Source of the DNA: Octopus sinensis
Lineage: Eukaryota
DNA length: 64,000 bases
Direction: 5' to 3'
Assembly (NCBI RefSeq): GCF_006345805.1
Contig: NC_042999.1
Location: 66,836,001-66,900,000, forward strand
The translations under genes were made by a program, and so were the position numbers. The notes below the pieces were generated by a model. That model was not told the origin of the DNA. It saw only the letters and a list, made by a program, of their open reading frames with translations, and did no database searches. Positions 12,235 to 24,692 of the stretch are shown here, piece by piece. The first letter of the stretch is position 1. Every line of letters starts with the position of its first letter.

Positions 12235-12900
12235 TACAAGTGGTGTAGACAACAAATAGATGTATTAGCTTAACGCTAGTGAAGTAAAAAAGTATTTTTC
12301 GAGCCTACGCTCTTCCACAGAAAGGAACACAAGGAGAGAAAATAAAGAATGTGCAGTGGCTATATATATATATATCATAAAATGCCTCTAATGACATTAT
12401 GTAATCGGTAGGTACAATACGTGAAATATGATGTTTTAGAGCCTAGCTACGAATGGCTATAAGTGGTTCCCCATTGAGCTGGTGGATATATATAAAAAGG
12501 AAATATTGAATAAGCAAAACGTGGTGTCATTTTAGAGCATGTAATTTATAATTCAAACATACTTGTAGAGTGGTTCGGGTAAATTAGGAATTAAGAAGCT
12601 GTACCTAAAGTCTCTTACAGATTTTTGCAGAATAGTTGTGCATATCATGCATATCGTGCATATTTCATTTGGCAACTAAACCGTTCTCAGAGAGGAAGGA
12701 TTAAGGGATATGCTTAATAAAGGATATTTGTGGTTACCAGTTCCATCGTCTCACAATTAAAGAATATTTCTAGGAATAGATATGGACAGTTACTAGTTCT
12801 ATCCTCGAAGAGAGAGGGTGAGGTCAATTATGAGCGGAAGTCCTTTGGGGAATACAGGACTGTATAAAAGAAAGATTGATTCATGAATGCTTGGGAGAAA
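12235..12900 (-). pseudogene. Heavily decayed Penelope-like element (RT fragment plus terminal repeat piece)
   Basis: Minus frame gives YARYA*YAQLF...ETLGTAS*FLIYPN...ITCS and TYSHS*L, loosely resembling PLE RT/thumb motifs; GAAGAGCGTAGGCTCGAAA hammerhead-like remnant near 12297-12320. Confidence 0.4.
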
Positions 12901-13180
12901 ATAGAGGCGGGCTGTCTAGTATGAGGAAGACATATATAACTGAAGTGTTAGAGGGATATGTGTGTGTGTATGGGTGTGCAAACACAAATCTGTGTATTTA
13001 CACACACTCATATATATACACACACAAAACTACATACTTACATATGAACACAAGTGCATATATGTATGTGTGTGTGTGTACATCCAAACACAGACACATA
13101 TATATATACAGAGGAACAGGGGATATTAAAAATAAGTAAGGAAGGGGACATTCACTGGTAAGGTATGAAGATCATATGTA

Positions 13181-13736
13181 TTGGGTTGTCCGGAAAGTTC
13201 ATGCCGATTTACCTTTCGACTTATTTTAGAAAATGATTGAGTCCATAAAATAGGATTTGACTCCACCTCCATTTATAGCACAGTTTAAGCTATCTTTTTC
13301 TAGAAGAAGGTTTATGTTCTTATAACCTGTGTTAATTCTGTAACCCTTTATATAGAAGATATGAAAGTTCATTTGCGGCACTTGATGCTTTGGGGACCAG
13401 AAAAAAAATTGCTGCAGCTCGGCTGGGATGTGTTACCCCACCCTCCATATTCACCAGATATTGCTCCTTCGGATTTCGACTTATTCAGGTCTCTGCAGAA
13501 TAGTCTTAACGGTAAAAATTTCAATTCCTTGGATGACGTAAAAAGATACCTTGATGAACTCTTTGCCATGAAACTACCTCAATTCTAGGAAGAGGGTATT
13601 TTCAAGTTAAAGGAAAGATGGAGACTCATTGTGCAACAAAATGGTTCATATTTGGTTGATTAAAAATGTAATGGCAACAATTTATTGACCTTTTTCGTTC
13701 CTTTAAAAATCGGCACGAACTTTCCGGACAACCCAA
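13181..13736 (+). mobile_element. Internally deleted mariner element with intact TIRs
   Basis: 30-bp TIRs TTGGGTTGTCCGGAAAGTTCATGCCGATTT (29/30), TA TSD at 13179-80 and 13737-38; ORF 13361-13588 MKVHLRHLMLW fused to LLQLGWDVLPHPPYSPDIAPSDFDLFRSLQNSL. Confidence 0.95.
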
Positions 13737-14604
13737 TATAATGGCAAAATTTCAGTTGCAGTGTGAGTTAGTATGAGCAGACAGTCAAAGGGGATGGGGT
13801 AGTATTCGAGTTTTGTAAACAAGATACAGAAAGTCTTCAGTCAATAGCAGTGTAGCATAGTGTGTGGTGAGGAAGGAGTTACACTGAGTAGTCAGAGGAG
13901 GCTATAGAGTAGAGAAGTGAGGAGATCAAGGATTAACTTCAACGTGTTATAATGGTGTCAGCTATAAAAAATCTAAAGATATTATCGAAATATTATTGAA
14001 AGTTTAAGTTTTTGGGGAGTGAATAAAATATTAAGTTATCACTGGATTCGAATAAAGTGAAGTATAACGTATTAAGATAAATACATTACGGCAAATAAAT
14101 ACATTAAATAAACATATTAAAGTAAATATATTAATTTAACTAGTGTTTTATTTAAATAAGTGATATATAAAGTATAAGCTAGGTGAGGAGTGAAAATATT
14201 ATAACTGGTTGCTATAGGAATTAAGTGTTATATAACGAGTTAACACAGGAGAATAAAATGAAATAAGATAAGGTAAATATACTAATTTAATTAAATTAGC
14301 TTCTGCCATCTTTCAACTGCGTTTCAGTGAAAGTAATGTGCCAGAGAGTTATACAGAATAACTTGTCTTGCTACATTTAGATTTGTGGCAAAATAAAAAT
14401 GTTTTAAAGAATAAGAACATTTCATCTTCTCGTTTGATTAAAATAATTATGACGTCATCTCTATCCTACTAGAATTTGGCTGCCATTTCAAGCAGCTGAA
14501 GCGACTACATAGTGAATCCCTTGTTGGGGCTGGAATGATCAGAAAACTTTTCACTCTTAAGCACATCATGTTTGAGATATGTACCTCCTTCTCATACCTT
14601 TTAC

Positions 14605-14800
14605 GTTTTGGTTGTTTCAGTTATGCGGTTGTGCCCATGCTGGGGCAACGTCTTGAAGGTTTTAGTCAAAAAAATAGATCCCAATATTATTTCCAAGTCT
14701 GACACTCGTTTCTGACTATCTCTCTCGCCGAAACTCTAAGTTATGGGGATGTAAATAAACCAACACCAGTTGTCAGAGGGAAGTGGGTAACAGTCACACA
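14605..14800 (-). mobile_element. SINE family A tail, diverged
   Basis: Reverse complement of CCCCAGCATGG..CAACC...ACTGAAACA tail and AACTGGTGTTGGTTTATTTACATCCCC body. Confidence 0.65.
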
Positions 14801-15088
14801 CAAATGCGGTATTTTCCAAGTAGTTGTTATCGCTGAAATACCAGCATCAAATTGTGAAACCACGTGACCTTTCTCCACTAATTGCAGCCCATCCATCGGT
14901 AAGTACATTTGACTTTCTCCAACTGATTTCTTATTCAAATTTCCAGTGGCCGGCGATTAGTACCATCTTGTGCTTTGAAAATTGAAGTACCACAGAATTT
15001 GAATTAGACTATTTTGATCCATACACAGACACACAGACACACACACACACACACACACACACATATGTGTGTGTATGTATGTATATAT

Positions 15089-15279
<191 letters not shown>

Positions 15280-16774
15280 CAGCCTTGGCCAAAAGTATCA
15301 GGCCACCCCAATGTTTTGGGGTTCTGCTGTCTCAATATTAATGCAATTCGAGCACATGGTAGATTATGGTATATTTCACAATATACATTAGTTTTAATAT
15401 TTGGTTGACACTCCTTTAGCATCAATTACTGCTTTTATACTGTACTGGTCATATGCAACCAATTATGAGTAAGACCAACGTTCAAAATTAACTTATGCTT
15501 CCTTGATTATTTCAGAGTTTTACGCTAAAATACGTTGTCGATATTGTTAATAAACAGTAAAATCCCTAAATCAAGGAAGTTGAGTGAGTGTGAACCAGAT
15601 CGAAACGTAGCCGATTATGAAGATGGAATATCTCAAAGGCAAATCGCTCAGAAGATGAAATGTTCTCGATGTGCAGTGGAAACGACTCTCAAGCGCTTCA
15701 GAGAGACAAAAGATGCGAAGACAATACAAAGAACAGGTATAAAAAAGGTTACATCACCTCGAGATGATAGATCCATCTTCCGTCAGTCGCTCAGAAACAG
15801 GAGAAAAAGATCGTCAGAGCTCTGTGTGAACTTCAACAAGGCAAGTACTTCACAAATATCAACCAGATCTGTTAGAAGAAGTCTTTCTAGAGTACAGTTG
15901 TAAAGGCTGTAAAGCCAGGAAGAAGCCATGGGTTTCTGAAGAGAATATGGAAAAACATTTTCAGTGGACCAAAAACCACTCAAATTGGACCAGTGAGCAA
16001 TGGTCGAAAGTCATGTGGCCTGATGAATGTAACTATGAGGTAAGCTAGTACATGTATTCAATCAACAAATAAACTTAATGTAACTGGTTTCTTGCCCAAA
16101 ATATATTAAAAAAGTATCCAACATATATCATTTCCTGTTTTTACTCGGGTAAGCATTTAAGGCTGAATGTCTGGTACCAACCGTAAAATATGGGGGTGGT
16201 TCTATCATGGTGTGGGTCTGCACGTATGCCACAGGCCCGGAGAAATATTTTATGTCAAGGAAGGATGAATTCAGCTACCTATGTTTATATGTTAACGGAT
16301 GTTTTAGAGCCATCAAGAGCTAAATTGCATCCAGGAGTGTCGAAAAACAGTGTTATTTTTCAACAGGACAACGCTCAATGTCATACAGCAAAGAATAATC
16401 GTCAATGGTTTGAGACACAGGGTATTATTCCCATGGACTGGTCAGCTCAAAGCCTCGATCTAAATCCAATCCAACATCTATGGGGAACTCTTGATGAAGC
16501 TATCAGGAACACAGCAATTAAAAATAAAGAACATTTATACCAAAAGTTGAAAGAAGAATGGAGTAAAATTGCGCCTAGCACCTGCAAGAAACTAGTTGAA
16601 TCAATACCTAACCGTATAAAAGCGGTAACTGATGGTAAAGGATGGTCAACTAGATATTAAAACTAACGTATATTGTGAAATAGACCATAATCTACCATGT
16701 GCACGAGTTTCATTAACATTGAGACAGCAGAACCTCAAAACATTGAGGTGGCCTAATACTTTTGGTCAAGGCTA
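15280..16774 (+). mobile_element. Full-length Tc1-family DNA transposon (1495 bp), 161-bp TIRs
   Basis: TIRs 15280-15440 and 16614-16774 starting CAGCCTTGGCCAAAAGTAT; TA at 15278-79 and 16775-76. Confidence 0.95.
15562..16660 (+). pseudogene. Tc1 DD34E transposase pseudogene with probable intron
   Basis: HTH region GISQRQIAQKMKCSRCAV, ARKKP, W(P)DE, CLVPTVKYGGGSIMVW, FQQDNA, SLDLNPIQHLW (34 residues between D and E position; E->Q); stop at 15901-03, frameshifts; GAG|GTAAGC donor at 16040. Confidence 0.9.
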
Positions 16775-16778
16775 TATA

Positions 16779-16920
16779 TAAGTGGCTTGCTTACCAAAGA
16801 CACGGTTCTGGGTTCAATTTCACTGCGTGGCATCTTGTGCAACTGTCTTCTATTATAGCCTCGAGCCGACAAAAAGCCTTGTGAGTGGATTTGGTAGATG
16901 GAAACAGAAAGAAGCCTGTC

Positions 16921-16963
<43 letters not shown>

Positions 16964-17246
16964 TGTATGTATGTATTTATGCATGTAGGTATGTAGGTAT
17001 GTATTTATGCATGTATGTTTGCGTTCCTGTGTTTGTCCTCCCTCCATCGCTTGATAACAGATGTTGTGTGTGTTTACGTCACCGTAACTTAGCAGTTCAA
17101 CAAGAAAAGACCGATAGAATGAGTACTCGGCTTACAATGAATAAGCTCTGAGGTCGATTTGTTCGATTAAAGGTGGTGCTCCAGCATGGCTGCAGTCAAA
17201 TGACAGAAATAAATAAGAGAATAAAAGAATAAAAGAATAAAAGAAT
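16779..17246 (+). mobile_element. SINE family A, slightly 5'-truncated
   Basis: Head from AAGTGGCTTGCTTACC, B box GGTTCAATTTC, internal SSR, tail with (AATAAAAG)n. Confidence 0.85.
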
Positions 17247-17810
17247 GTGTGTGTGTGTGTGTGTTTGTAGAAAATACGTAAATAACTCCCAACGGAAATT
17301 GAAACTGCATCACGACATCGCTTCCCTGGAAACACGTGGTATCCTTTATTATGTCTAATATACAGCTTGAGTTCAAATCTCCAAGAGGTTCGAGCAGTGT
17401 GTAATGAAACAGAATAATTCATTGAATCTCGAGCTAATATTTATTTACGACGCCATTTCAGAGACGTTTCTGAACGTTAGCGAATGACAGTAATTGGGCA
17501 AAACGTGATTCGTAATTGCCATAACTGATAAATGACATCATCGTTGATATTCTGAAATATTCATTTCTCAGTACAATAGACAACTAGATTTGTTAAATAA
17601 TATGAAGACCAATTTTGTATGTGTATTAATCCGCTTTAACTTGCTGACTGACCTTTCACGGTTAGATAGTAAACTTTTTTTAGACAGCTCTATGAAGACC
17701 TGGGAACGTATTGTAAACGTTATACATGAATATGTGCGTATGTATTTTCGTATATATTAACATATATATATGTATGTGCATATGCATGCGTGTATATATG
17801 TTTGTGTATG

Positions 17811-17849
<39 letters not shown>

Positions 17850-17851
<2 letters not shown>

Positions 17852-18012
17852 CTTTACTCCCCACAAGGGGCCAAGCACGGAGGGGACAAACAAGGACAGA
17901 CAAACGGATTAAGTCGATTATATCAACCCCACTGTGTAACTGGTAATTATTTAATCGACCCCGAAACGATGAAAGGCAAAGTCGACCTCGGCGGAATTTG
18001 AACCCAGAACGT
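17850..18012 (-). mobile_element. SINE family C, partial
   Basis: CGACCCCGAAACGATGAAAGGCAAAGTCGACCTCGGCGGAATTTGAAC body shared with 20474 and 23173 copies. Confidence 0.85.
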
Positions 18013-18599
18013 AACGTATGTTTGTATTTATGCGAGTGTGTGTATGTATGTGTACGTATATGGTTTCTATGTTGGATTATTCATGGAGAAGCATCAGAAT
18101 TAATTGTTTATTGTAAGCAGCCTGCCTTTTACTGTGATATAGTAATTGTCTTTGAATATCACCCTTATATCGCCTGTTGAAGACACGAGAAAAGCTAAAG
18201 AGATAAGAATATCGAGTTAACTGCAGTAATCGGATTTAATTCTGTGAAGAAAATGAAAATTACATTATAAATTTTGCAATAACTTCGGACGCGGTTTGCA
18301 CTAGTTTTAAAAGTACATCTCGCTAAATATATATATCAACGGCCAATCATACTTTGGTTAACGAGGCTTATTTCTTGAATCAAAACGATCGGTCGTCAAT
18401 TATAGTGAAAAGGATGTACATCACAACGTTCTGTTTACTTGTCTCTATTGAAATCCCAAGCCTTTTATCGAAGTAAAAGAGGTCCTTATTTTGTTCTTAA
18501 AATGTTGGGTGATAATATGCTTGTGTATAAAAAGTCAGTCGCCACATGCCAAAGTTTTGTTAACATACCATGCCTTCGCAAAAGTTCTAGTTGCATATG

Positions 18600-18795
18600 T
18601 ATTGGCCAACTGATACAGTCATCCTCTCAAATCTTCCACTCTTTGACCCAGCGGAATATACAGGATATGACAGTTCATAAGAGCAACGGGAAATGAAGTG
18701 CTTTGAACAAGAACACGTGCCTCTTGGTCTATGAATTGGACATGTAACTATACGATCGTAACCCGGACACTCTAACCACTACACTACATGTCTTA
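18600..18795 (-). mobile_element. tRNA-headed SINE family D, diverged
   Basis: Reverse-complement head TAGTGGTTAGAGTG..TTACGATCG and CORE-like GTGTTCTTGTTCAAAGCACTT. Confidence 0.55.
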
Positions 18796-18809
18796 CACAC
18801 ACACATACA

Positions 18810-19400
18810 TTATATTTTTGTATATTTATATTTATATTATTTTAGTTCCATTGCCTTAAATTTTAAGTCACCTTTATTATGTATTTATTGAGTCTTTTAT
18901 TATGAATTTATTTTTCTTCATTCAACTTCACTCGTATTACCCTTTTAGGTTATATCAGCTTTTATTTGTGTATATGTGTATATTTTATACTGTTGGGTTT
19001 TACCTTTGGGTGCCCCATTGTTTTAATATATATTTCTATTCGATTTTTGGCAATTTGGAAATGATATAAAGTTGCTTTAACCTATTGAAGTGTTTATTCA
19101 TTATACCACTTAATTTATTTTTCCTTTCGCCTCGGTACTGTGAAGACTAAGATCCCTGTTGACTGGCCGCTGGTATTTATAGAGTGTTATACTCTTTCGT
19201 TATGTAAATTAGGGGCTCGTTCATAGAGTAACTGCTGCATTTGTTGAGTATATAAACAGTTTGGCTGATTGCCTTTCTTGTAGACCCCTCTGATGAGATC
19301 CCAATAAGGTTCGAAAATCGATTAAGATTGTTCGTCATTTTTTTTTCAGTCTGTGGAGAAATGGCTATACTTTGCCCTGTTTATAATTATACCATATGTT
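18810..19400 (+). mobile_element. Penelope-like terminal remnant with hammerhead motif at 19285-19326
   Basis: Long T-rich tract then CCCCT-CTGATGA-GATC..GTTC-GAAAATCGATTA. Confidence 0.5.
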
Positions 19401-20473
19401 ATATATATATATATATTTATATATATGTATTTGATAGACTTAGAGAAAGCTTTTCTTAATGTTTTCTAACAGGAGACCTGGTTTGGTTGCATGAAGCTGA
19501 GCAAACTCTTATAAAGTATCGCATTTTTAACTGACATTTGTTCGGACAAGCGACCTGCTAAAAATAGCGCAGCCAAATATCCCTCCAGTGATTCCCTGCT
19601 ATCTTATGAAAATGTATAAACCCGCTTTAGTATGTGATCATAGATACACTATGTCTTCTACTCTTCCACTCACACCCTGATAGTGTTTATAATAGTAAGC
19701 CTTTCTGTTATAGACACAACGCCTGAAATTTGGAGGAGAAGGTGGGATGAAAGCTACTCAATTACGACGGCCCCAGTGCTCAGTTGATACTTATTTTATC
19801 GAACCCGAAAACATGAAAACAAAGTTGACTATGGCGGCGTTTGAAGGTGTTTATAATAATAATAATCATGATCAAGACGGTGAGCTGGCAAAATCTTTAC
19901 CGTGCTGGACAAAATAATGATTTTTACTATAAGCCCAGAGCTTGACCGAAAAAATTAAAAAGTAAATATGAAAATCATCTAAAGTACTGTTTGTAATCAA
20001 AGCCGTGTTTGATATCAAATTTGCCTCTGTGCTTGTCAGCCATAAACCGAAATATTTAATTTGCTACATAAATTGATAATCAAACAGGACAAGTTTGAAT
20101 TCTTTTTAATGAGTAGATAGCTCTTTGTTTTATCGTTTATCTTTTATTTGCTGTCAAGCTAGGGTATTGCTTTGAGTGGTGATTTGAACTCAGTATGTAA
20201 AAGGCAGTTAAATGCTGTAATACACCACTTACATGCACAACACGATATAATTCCTTAACATTGAAAAGAAATTTTGACGGAGGTTAAAATCGGATAAGTC
20301 GCCCCTAGTATATTATTTGTATTTATCAACCTTGGATAAAATGATTATGAAATCGACAGTAACAGGATTTGAACTTGAAAATATGAATAATATTGTAAAT
20401 CGCCGTCACATTTTATTCTATACAACATTGATCTTACAGACCACAAACAAGAGAAGAAACAATTTATTATATC

Positions 20474-20706
20474 TGTTTCTTTATTACCCACAAGGGGCTA
20501 AACATAGAGGGGACAAACAAGGACAGACAAGCGGATTTAGTCGATTACATCGACCCCAGTGCATAACTGGTACTTAATTTATCGACTCCGAAAGGATGAA
20601 AGGCAAAGTCGACCTCGGCGGAATTTGAACTCAGAACATTACGGCAGACGAAATACGGCTACGCATTTCGCCCGGCGTGCTAACGGTTCTGCCAGTACAC
20701 CGCTTT
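20474..20706 (-). mobile_element. SINE family C, full-length monomer with 17-bp TSD
   Basis: TSD AAACAATT(T/C)ATTATATC at 20457-20473 and 20707-20723; B box GAGTTCAAATTCC on minus strand. Confidence 0.9.
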
Positions 20707-22210
20707 AAACAATTCATTATATCAAGCCTAGGGTGTCGATGGTAATGTTGGCTTCAGAAGGATGAAAGGCAAAGCATACCCCGGAATGATTTGAACTCAG
20801 AACGTAAATGGCTAAACACAAATATAAAATAAACGAGAAAACTTACAGTACCCTTGTATTCTGCATAATATTGACAAATATACGTCAAAATACAATTCAT
20901 TTTCAATTCTTTTCACTTCCCACAGCAATCAATAAAATTTTCGCCCAAAATATTCTTCGTTTTTAACTTGGTAATAGTCCAACATTTCTATTAATCATTT
21001 CATTTATTTGAAGTCTGCATTATAAAAAAAAAGAGAGAGCGAGAGAAATTATAACAAACAAAAGAAGTGTCTAAATGAGTATTTGTTTATTAGAAACATT
21101 TGCCAGAATACATGTTATGGCGACTATGAGCATTGTTCTTATTTTCAATATAACTATCCTAGAATCCAATGGGGAATAGAGGGGGGGGTATTTTTTTAAT
21201 TATTTTTTTTCTTTTTCAATGCGATTTTGTTTGGTTTGGCAATAATTTTGTACATTTACGTCATATGAATGAATATACAATAACTTTCCTTGTTGATTGG
21301 TAAAAATTCTTTAGATTTTCAATCAATCAAAATTAACCATCGCTTTCCTACTGCTGCGTAAATAAATTCCTTTCTTGTATTTCCTCAATAACGTTCAGTT
21401 TCTAATCTCCAGTCTTTAAGACATCTAATTCATCTCCCTAACTTGTTAGATATTGTGTCTACTTTTCAGACAGTCTCTCGGCATTACAAGCTGCCAGCAT
21501 TTCCGTCCACCTAATGTCACTATATTTCGGGGAGGGTAAATTTTATGTTCTGAAATTCAGTCACATCAATGCGGAATTAAATCTAGTAATTGTACGTAAT
21601 TGTTTAGATGTGGGTCAGCAATGACCAAGATGGCTTACAGATCAAATTTTCTCTAACCATGCTCTTACTATTTTAGTTGACTACTGCGAGTTATCGTCTT
21701 CTTGTTCATCACCATGTCAGGTTTAATCAAGCAGGTTTATGATCACAGACATGTTAACTGCGACTATTTCGTCCTTTCCATGAAGAGTCCACATAAGGCC
21801 ACATTATCCATAGTCTTCTAATGTGATTAGATTTCAGTTCTGTTTATAGCAAGCCATGTGACGTTCTTTAGTGTACCCTCTTTAGGTCATATATCGAATC
21901 AATATATTTAAATACATACACATACGCATAAACTCACACTCACACACACATAGGCACAAAAACATACCATGTCTCTGGTGCACCGTCATAAAACTATGAA
22001 ACATGTCTTCTTTCCTTGTGTACAGTGATGCAGTTACACTAGTTTTAAGTTTCACGGCAAAATATTTTAAAATTATAGTTTAAATTCTTAAACTTTTATT
22101 ACGTTACAAACTCTGATGAACGCTGTGATGTGAATATGGAATTATACCTTACGCACAAACTCACACATACACGCAAACGCATATGTAATATGACCTGTAT
22201 AGAATCAATT

Positions 22211-22409
22211 TTACTCTTCTTACTCATTTTACTTGTTTCAGTCATTTTGACTGCGGCCATGCTGGAACACCGCTTTTAGTCGAGTAAATCTATCCCAGGG
22301 CTTATTCTTTGTAAGCCTAGTACTTATTCTATCGGATCTCTTTTGCCGAACCGCTGGCTTACGGGGACGTAAACACACCAGTATCGGTAGTCAAGCGATG
22401 CTGGGGGGA

Positions 22410-22486
<77 letters not shown>

Positions 22487-22881
22487 ATGAGGGTGTCTAA
22501 GAGACACCAACATGCCGAAATAGCAGTCGAAACTCTGACTATAAAAACCACGTTAAGGGTTCGTGTCGCACCATGAGATAAGACAGATAGACAAAATATA
22601 CAAGCAAAAATTATTGAATAATTCAAGATCCAGGATTTCTGGTTTTGCTTTAAATAAGCTTTACCGTCATCGGTTGAATATATCAAGAGTACATAAATAT
22701 ATACATATACGTATATACGACGGGCTTCTTTCAGTTTCCGTCTACCAAATCCACTCACAAGGCTTTGGTCGGCCCGAGGCTATAGTAGAAGACACTTGCC
22801 TAAGATGCCACGCAGTGCGACTGAACCCGGAATCATGTGGTTCGTAAGCAAGCTACTAACCACACAGCCACTCCTACGCCT
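22211..22881 (-). mobile_element. SINE family A carrying a Penelope-like insert (~22480-22700) in its internal microsatellite
   Basis: Tail 22211-22415, head 22715-22881; intervening unique sequence contains a hammerhead motif (22621-22679, minus). Confidence 0.8.
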
Positions 22882-23172
22882 ATAATATAAACAAAGTTCT
22901 GCCTTAATCTAACAGACTTAACACATCAAAGGTGTTCAAACCGGCAATCGCGTTACTTTCAAACACGCCTAAAACTACGTTATCCGGTGTGGAGGATCGT
23001 TTCCAACATCGGTTTGAATGAAATGTGAAGGCAATCGGGCTTCTATTTCCAGCATATAAAGCGCATACAAGATGCAATGCTTTATTATAAGCTATGTTTT
23101 GTTACTAAGATGCATCTAAACATTTAGAACAGTTTAAAGCTAAACTTAAATGACTCACAACTGAGTAATCTT

Positions 23173-23767
23173 ATTTCTTAATTCTTATTTTTTTATTGCC
23201 CACAAGGGGTTAAACATAGAGAGGACAAACAAGGCCAGACAAATGGATTAAGTCGATTACATCGAGCCCAGTGCGTAACTGGTACTTCATTTATCGACCC
23301 CCGAAAGGATAAAAGGCAAAGTCGACCTCGGCGGAATTTGAACTCAGAACGTAGAGGCAGATGAAATACCTATTTCTTTACTACAATACAGGGAGGACAA
23401 ACAAGGAGAGACAAACGGATTAAGTCGATTATATCGACTCCATTACGTAACTGGTTCTTATTTAATCGACCCCGAAAGGATGAAAGGCAAAGTCGACCTC
23501 GGCGGAATTTGAACTCAGAATGTAAAGACAGACAAAATACCTATTTCTTTACTACCCAGAAGGAGCTAAACACAGAGAGGACAAACGAGGACAGACAAAC
23601 GGATTAAGTCGATTATATTAACCCAGTGCGTAACTGGTACTTAATTTATCGACCCCTAAAGGATGAAAGGCAAAGTCGATCTCGGCGGAATTTGAACTCA
23701 GAACGTAGCGACAGACGAAATACCGCCAAGCATTTCGCCCGGCGTGCTAACGTTTCTGCCAGCTCAG
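23173..23767 (-). mobile_element. SINE family C trimer (one head + three bodies) with 19-bp TSD
   Basis: Three ~185-bp body units; TSD CTCACAACTGAGTAATCTT at 23154-23172 and 23768-23786. Confidence 0.9.
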
Positions 23768-23920
23768 CTCACAACTGAGTAATCTTGTCCTGTCATGGTC
23801 ATCCGAGGAAAACGATGAAACACTCATTCATTCAATTCTTGTCTAATGTAAAGGACTTTTTTTTAGTTCCCTTCACATTCTTGGGGACTTGTGAAAATAA
23901 CTTGAAGAAAACCTGAATGA

Positions 23921-24245
23921 ACTGGTACTCCGTCGGTTACGACAATGACGAGTGTGCTAGTTGATCCGATCAATGGAGCAGCCTCCACCTGAAATTAACG
24001 TGCAACTGGCTGAGATCTCCACGGACACGCGTACCCTTAGCGTAGTTCTCAAGGAGATTCAACGTGACACAGAGTATAAGGCTGGTCTTTTGAAATATAG
24101 TCAGAACCTATTTTTGCCAGCAGAGTAGGATGAAGCAGCATGTATTAAAGTGTTTTGTTCAATGACACAACGCATCACCGGGTATCGAACTCATAACCAT
24201 ACAATCGTGAGCCGAATACTCTAACCATTAAACCACGCGCCTTCA
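23921..24245 (-). mobile_element. tRNA-headed SINE family D
   Basis: Minus head GGCGCGTGGTTTAATGGTTAGAG...GAGTTCGATACCC, CORE-like GTGTCATTGAACAAAACACTT, tail GATCGGATCAACT...ACCGACGGAGTACC. Confidence 0.75.
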
Positions 24246-24260
24246 AAAACAAGAATAAAA

Positions 24261-24600
24261 GCGTGGTCGTGTGGTTAAGAAGCTCGCTTTGCAACCACGC
24301 CGTTTCGGGTTCAGTACCATTGTGCATTGCCTTTGGCAAATGTCTTCAGCTTTAGCCCCGGGCTGGCTATGTAGAAGCTTATGTGTATGTGTGTGTGTGT
24401 GTCTGTATTTATCTCACCACCACCACTTGACACGCGATGTTGGTTTGGTTACGTCTCCTTATGTTAGTGTCTCGGCTTAAGACCTCAATAGAATAAGTAC
24501 CATTTTTTTAAATAAATACTGGGGGTCTATCTATCTTATGAAAACCACTCAAAGCAATACCCCAGCTTGACGGCAAATGAAAGACGAGTGATAAAACAAA
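24261..24600 (+). mobile_element. SINE family A, strongly diverged
   Basis: GTGTGGTTAAGAAGCTCGCTT, GGGTTCAGTACC, internal TG repeat, ATAGAATAAGTACC. Confidence 0.6.
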
Positions 24601-24692
24601 GCGCTACCTTCTCATTAAAAAGAATTCAAACTTGTCCCGTTTGATTATCAATTTATGTAGCAATTTGTTTTAATAGTTGGGTAATCAACAAC

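Noticed and set aside
23173-23767. Regularly spaced repeats resembling a CRISPR array (also 53996-54575)
   Set aside because: Units are 156-185 bp tandem copies without unique spacers, there are no cas genes, and the context is eukaryotic.
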